A stretch of DNA of 64,000 nt, from contig CBDFFH010000027.1 in NCBI GenBank assembly GCA_965246715.1, positions 1 to 64,000 on the forward strand. Reading direction: 5' to 3'. Below the pieces are notes generated by a model. The model was not told where the DNA came from. It saw nothing but the letters and a program-made list of their open reading frames with translations, and did no database searches. Source of the DNA: Chamaesiphon sp. (lineage in GTDB: Bacteria > Cyanobacteriota > Cyanobacteriia > Cyanobacteriales > Chamaesiphonaceae). This document shows positions 60,430-64,000 of this stretch, one piece after another. Every line of letters begins with the position of its first letter. The stretch's first letter is position 1. The position numbers and the translations under genes were made by a program.

Positions 60430-61008
60430 TTATGGAGCTAAACCTTGCCACAATGCCTCGATCGCATCGGAAATCGCGCATTCTAGATCGATCGACTGAT
60501 GAGCACCAATACTTTCAGATAACGCGAGGTTGTGTAAGTGTGAAAGGAGAATTGCTGCTGTCGCCGCAACATTACTCCCTTGGATTCGCCCCAATTCTAC
60601 CTCAGCATTGAGATATTCAGTAAGTCGATCGATAATTTGCATTCCAGGTAGCATATGACGTTGCAAAAATGTGGGCAGATCGAAGGCTGGATGAGCGATT
60701 AAGGATAGAAAGATGGGCATTACCTCACAGAAGTAACCCACGATCTGTAAACCGATCGCTTTAAGGTTGGCAATTACCTCTTTTTCTCCAGGTTGAATGC
60801 CAAATATGGCATCAAGTTCGGCTGCTGGCGGCACCATTGCGGCAAAGAAGATCTCTTCTTTGGTGCTAAATCGCTGGAAGATTACAGCTTCAGAGATACC
60901 CACCATCTTAGCCAGCATTCTAGTCGAAGCTTTCGCGCCTTCCTGGAGAAAGAGAGATCGCGCTACTGCGAGAATTTCTTCATCTGTAATAGTTTTCTTG
61001 CGGGGCAT
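60430..61008 (-). CDS. TetR regulator
   Basis: DEEILAVARSLF..EG..ASTR..VGISEAVIFQRFSTKEE. Confidence 0.9.
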   Translation of the reverse strand: MPRKKTITDEEILAVARSLFLQEGAKASTRMLAKMVGISEAVIFQRFSTKEEIFFAAMVPPAAELDAIFGIQPGEKEVIANLKAIGLQIVGYFCEVMPIFLSLIAHPAFDLPTFLQRHMLPGMQIIDRLTEYLNAEVELGRIQGSNVAATAAILLSHLHNLALSESIGAHQSIDLECAISDAIEALWQGLAP

Positions 61009-61047
61009 TAAATTTGCAGTTAGGTGAAGGCTCTGGGCGTGAGGTTG

Positions 61048-61497
61048 TCATCGCAACATAATCCCATGTTCGCGGCGGATTTGGGCGATCGACTGTTCCT
61101 TGAGCTTTGCCAGTTCTGCTACAGCCACTCTTTTTTTCATGCGTAAGCTTTTGAATACGATCGCCACGATGTGCGGCAGACACGTCAACCAGATACCCAT
61201 CAACTTGAAATGTCCGATCCCAGCCAAAACACTGCGATGCTCTTGGCTGGCAACAGCGCGGTGCATCTGGCTGATGTCTGCGGTTGTGGCTAGGAGCATC
61301 CAGATGTGTGCGGCGATTTCATCTCGAACGGAAGTGCCCAGATCGAACAAGATATGTACTGCGTCGTGCTGCTCTAGGGCTTGCTTTATTTCAACGGATA
61401 TTTTAGCGGACATGTCGCCTTCAGACTCCGATTCGCGCAATTTTTGAATTGCCTCTCCCAGGGTCATTGAAATTTCAGCACCGAGTTGTTCGTTCAT
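61048..61497 (-). CDS. Coq4-like HDxxH protein
   Basis: HDAVHILFDLGTSVRDE (HDxxH-x11-E) and C-terminal IRREHGI. Confidence 0.65.
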   Translation of the reverse strand: MNEQLGAEISMTLGEAIQKLRESESEGDMSAKISVEIKQALEQHDAVHILFDLGTSVRDEIAAHIWMLLATTADISQMHRAVASQEHRSVLAGIGHFKLMGIWLTCLPHIVAIVFKSLRMKKRVAVAELAKLKEQSIAQIRREHGIMLR

Positions 61498-61533
61498 TGC
61501 AGATCTCCGATCTTGCGTAGCATGACAAATAAC

Positions 61534-61613
61534 ATAAGCAAGCACTCGCTCACTTTCATTGATAAATAATATCTTATCGTGCGTTTTTTATATAAGCAAG
61601 TGCGTACTCATTT
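61534..61613. promoter_or_regulatory. Pair of similar operator-like sites
   Basis: ATAAGCAAGCACTCGCTCACTT (61534-61555) and ATAAGCAAGTGCGTACTCATTT (61592-61613). Confidence 0.5.
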
Positions 61614-61700
61614 TAGCAAAGGCGATCGTCCGCTCTCAGATTGAATCGATCGAATCGATCGGGATCGACTGCGCCCAACTGGATAGCTACATTTGTCTAT

Positions 61701-62228
61701 CTACAAGGGACGTTGCCAAGGCTCACTGTACTGTTGATAACCAACTCGCTTAAATGTAGAAATCATCGGGATATTATTGACATCTGTATCACAAAACACC
61801 CTCCACACTCCAATATCTTGTAATACCCTCGTTCCTTTAAGCAACAAATCGATCGCCAAACCCTGTCGGCGATATTGCGGCAAAACCCCGAAGTAATAAA
61901 TAGTTGCTTCTTCCAGCCCGTCTCGCTTGCTGCCTGAATAAATGACAGGGAAAACAAACCCAACGATTCGATCGTCTTTATCGACTCCAATTTGCCACCA
62001 CTCATCTCGATAAGAGAAACCATCTTTCGACTCAGCTAGAAACTGCTTGGCAGCTTGTCGAGCACCCAGTTCTGAGACTTGTTTGCGGTCTTTAGCATCA
62101 ATTGAGGACTCCATCACCTGGGCAACTACCGATATTAACACCTTATCGCTCAGAGTGTTGGCAGCTTTAAACTCTAATCGAGCGGGAACCTCGATCGATG
62201 GCTGAGGTTCTTCCCAGACAAAGGGCAC
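61701..62228 (-). CDS. GNAT acetyltransferase, possibly 5'-truncated
   Basis: FGVLPQYRRQGLA, DTDVNNIPM..F..VGY. Confidence 0.75.
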   Translation of the reverse strand: MPFVWEEPQPSIEVPARLEFKAANTLSDKVLISVVAQVMESSIDAKDRKQVSELGARQAAKQFLAESKDGFSYRDEWWQIGVDKDDRIVGFVFPVIYSGSKRDGLEEATIYYFGVLPQYRRQGLAIDLLLKGTRVLQDIGVWRVFCDTDVNNIPMISTFKRVGYQQYSEPWQRPL

Positions 62229-62405
62229 TTTCCAGTAAGTTTGCTAGCTCATATTAAAATTCAACATTGGCGAAATAACGATCGTATGAACCGAACGCAG
62301 ATCGACCCTTGGCGAACACCTAAAGCTGCCCGATCGAATGAATCGATCGCCTCAAGTTTGTTAGTGATGCAAACAGTCGATCGATCCATAAGATATTTTA
62401 TTAGA

Positions 62406-63188
62406 TTAGACAATCGACTTGAGTGTATCTAATCCAGAAATAAAAGTTTCCCGATCTGAATATTCAGCTCCAAAGATGGCATCCATCAAAGCGAACATCA
62501 GACCATAAAAAGAAGATCGCTCCAATAATGAGTCAACCACAGGATAAGTTGATGCAAGCTGCTCGACAAAAGGATTACCATAACTGACAACAAGCCCAGC
62601 TATATCCCAGCCAGGATCGCCCCATGCCAATGTAGCAAAATCAATGATGCCAGTGATATTCTGTTCGCCATCCCAGAGAATATTGCTCGAACCAAAGTCA
62701 CCGTGTCTCAATACACAAGGTAGGCTCGGCAATTGCTCGATATGTGATTGAATCTGCAAATACAAAGCCGCAGCAGTAGTTGAAGCTAGGCAAGGAAAAA
62801 CAAACTGCTCTGCTTTATCCAGAAAACATGTCCACCAGCTCCGATCGATAGTAGGTAGCTCGATCTCACTCAACACATGTGGCTCGATTTCGTGCAGCGA
62901 CATCAGAAAACGCCCAATTTGAGTTGCTAAAAGGTTTCTAGTCGCATCGGTAAGATTTTGTACCGATCTGAGTGGTTCGCCCAGAAGTTGGGGATGCAAT
63001 GTTACGAATTCATTACTAATCTCCACAATTTGCATGTCTGGAATTGGCAGCACCAGCAAATTGCGGAGTAGCGGCAAAACTTTGACTTCTTTACGAACTC
63101 CTGAGATCGCATCCGCATAACGAGGACGACGAACCACGACGTTGCCTAATATAACAACATCACTATTCTGGCTATCAATTAATTTCAT
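62406..63188 (-). CDS. Aminoglycoside phosphotransferase (APH)-family kinase
   Basis: LRHGDFGSSNIL, GIIDF, GDPGWD. Confidence 0.9.
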   Translation of the reverse strand: MKLIDSQNSDVVILGNVVVRRPRYADAISGVRKEVKVLPLLRNLLVLPIPDMQIVEISNEFVTLHPQLLGEPLRSVQNLTDATRNLLATQIGRFLMSLHEIEPHVLSEIELPTIDRSWWTCFLDKAEQFVFPCLASTTAAALYLQIQSHIEQLPSLPCVLRHGDFGSSNILWDGEQNITGIIDFATLAWGDPGWDIAGLVVSYGNPFVEQLASTYPVVDSLLERSSFYGLMFALMDAIFGAEYSDRETFISGLDTLKSIV

Positions 63189-63194
63189 ATCAAA

Positions 63195-64000
63195 TCACTT
63201 TAGAGATCCAACATTTGCCAAATACTGATGGACGAACTGAACGCAGATCGACCCCTCACCCACCCCCGATGCTACCCGCTTGACAGAACCATGCCGGACA
63301 TCGCCCACCGCAAACACCCCAGGAATATTAGTTTCCAGCAAATAGGGATCGCGATCGAGTTTCCAACCCTTGGGGCGATGACCGCTCGATAGACTACTAC
63401 CACTGTGAAGATCGGCTCCAGTGACGATAAAACCGCGATCGTCGCACTCGATCGTCCCATGTAGCCATTCCGTGCGCGGGACGGCACCAATAAAGATAAA
63501 TAACGAGGTTGCGGGTACCATTTTCACTTCCCCTGCAACCTCAATCGCGATCGATTCCAGACTCGTTTCACCTTTAGCTTCCACCACACTCGAATGCGGC
63601 TGGACGGTAATATTCGGCGTTTCGGCAATCTGCTCGATCAGATATTGCGACATGCTTTTAGTCAGCGATTCACCCCGCACCAGCATCGTCACTTGACGGG
63701 CATATTTCGAGAAATACATCGCCGCTTGTCCGGCAGAATTAGCACCGCCAATGATATAAACCTCCTCATCCTGACAGGACATCGCTTCCGTCTGCGCCGC
63801 TCCGTAGTATACGCCCGCTCCAGTCAATCGATCGAGTCCCGGTACATCCAGCCGCCGCCATGACACGCCCAGAGCCAAAATCAGCGCGTGGCAACTAATC
63901 TCACTCCCATCTGATAAAGTAATAAAACGATAAGGATCTTCGACCCGCATTCCCGTTACCTCTTGCGGGCTGAGAATCTCCACCCCAAAGCGTCTAGCTT
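63195..64000 (-). CDS. Thioredoxin-reductase-like FAD oxidoreductase (5' part outside window)
   Basis: IIGGANSAGQAA, FIFIGA, GVFAVGDVR.GSVKRVASGVGEG. YYGAA in place of the CxxC motif. Confidence 0.9.
   Translation of the reverse strand, partial: ARRFGVEILSPQEVTGMRVEDPYRFITLSDGSEISCHALILALGVSWRRLDVPGLDRLTGAGVYYGAAQTEAMSCQDEEVYIIGGANSAGQAAMYFSKYARQVTMLVRGESLTKSMSQYLIEQIAETPNITVQPHSSVVEAKGETSLESIAIEVAGEVKMVPATSLFIFIGAVPRTEWLHGTIECDDRGFIVTGADLHSGSSLSSGHRPKGWKLDRDPYLLETNIPGVFAVGDVRHGSVKRVASGVGEGSICVQFVHQYLANVGSLK

Noticed and set aside
55208..63188. Further attC sites making the small minus-strand genes a cassette array
   Set aside because: The genes are on the opposite strand to the cassette and I found no RYYYAAC...GTTRRRY palindromes after them.
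63380..63412. Extra residues HSGSSLSS in the TrxB-like protein as another 24-nt element
   Set aside because: Lacks the TT-stem-stem structure and the 24-nt length.

Overview
Cyanobacterial DNA, very rich in HIP1/CGATCG (Chamaesiphon-like, by inference). Bases 1-23.5 kb are a conjugative element. It has the 3' part of a very large mobile-element protein, a HIRAN-like/HipA-kinase pair, and a ~20-kb minus-strand operon in MPF_C order: pilin, VirB3, VirB4, a frameshifted gene, VirB6/8/10/9-like genes and VirD4. That operon continues into an unusual tail: a protein carrying two copies of the VirD4 C-terminal domain, a low-complexity protein, an AAA+ ATPase, and a MobD-like P-loop protein with an apparently dead paralog. 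Bases 24-64 kb hold a decayed vapBC, a PadR-nmrA-GST-devBCA block, frameshifted oligopeptidase B and many regulator+enzyme detox modules. These modules appear to split a TrxB-like/cNMP-kinase/zf-UBP/MFS operon. Features outside the ORF track include a collapsed integron (deleted intI, attI, one cassette, attC), six in-frame 24-nt repeats that mostly target HIP1, an IS1634-type MITE with a 6-bp TSD, REP-like elements and duplicated SDR 3' ends. No rRNA, tRNA, CRISPR array or recognisable relaxase was seen.
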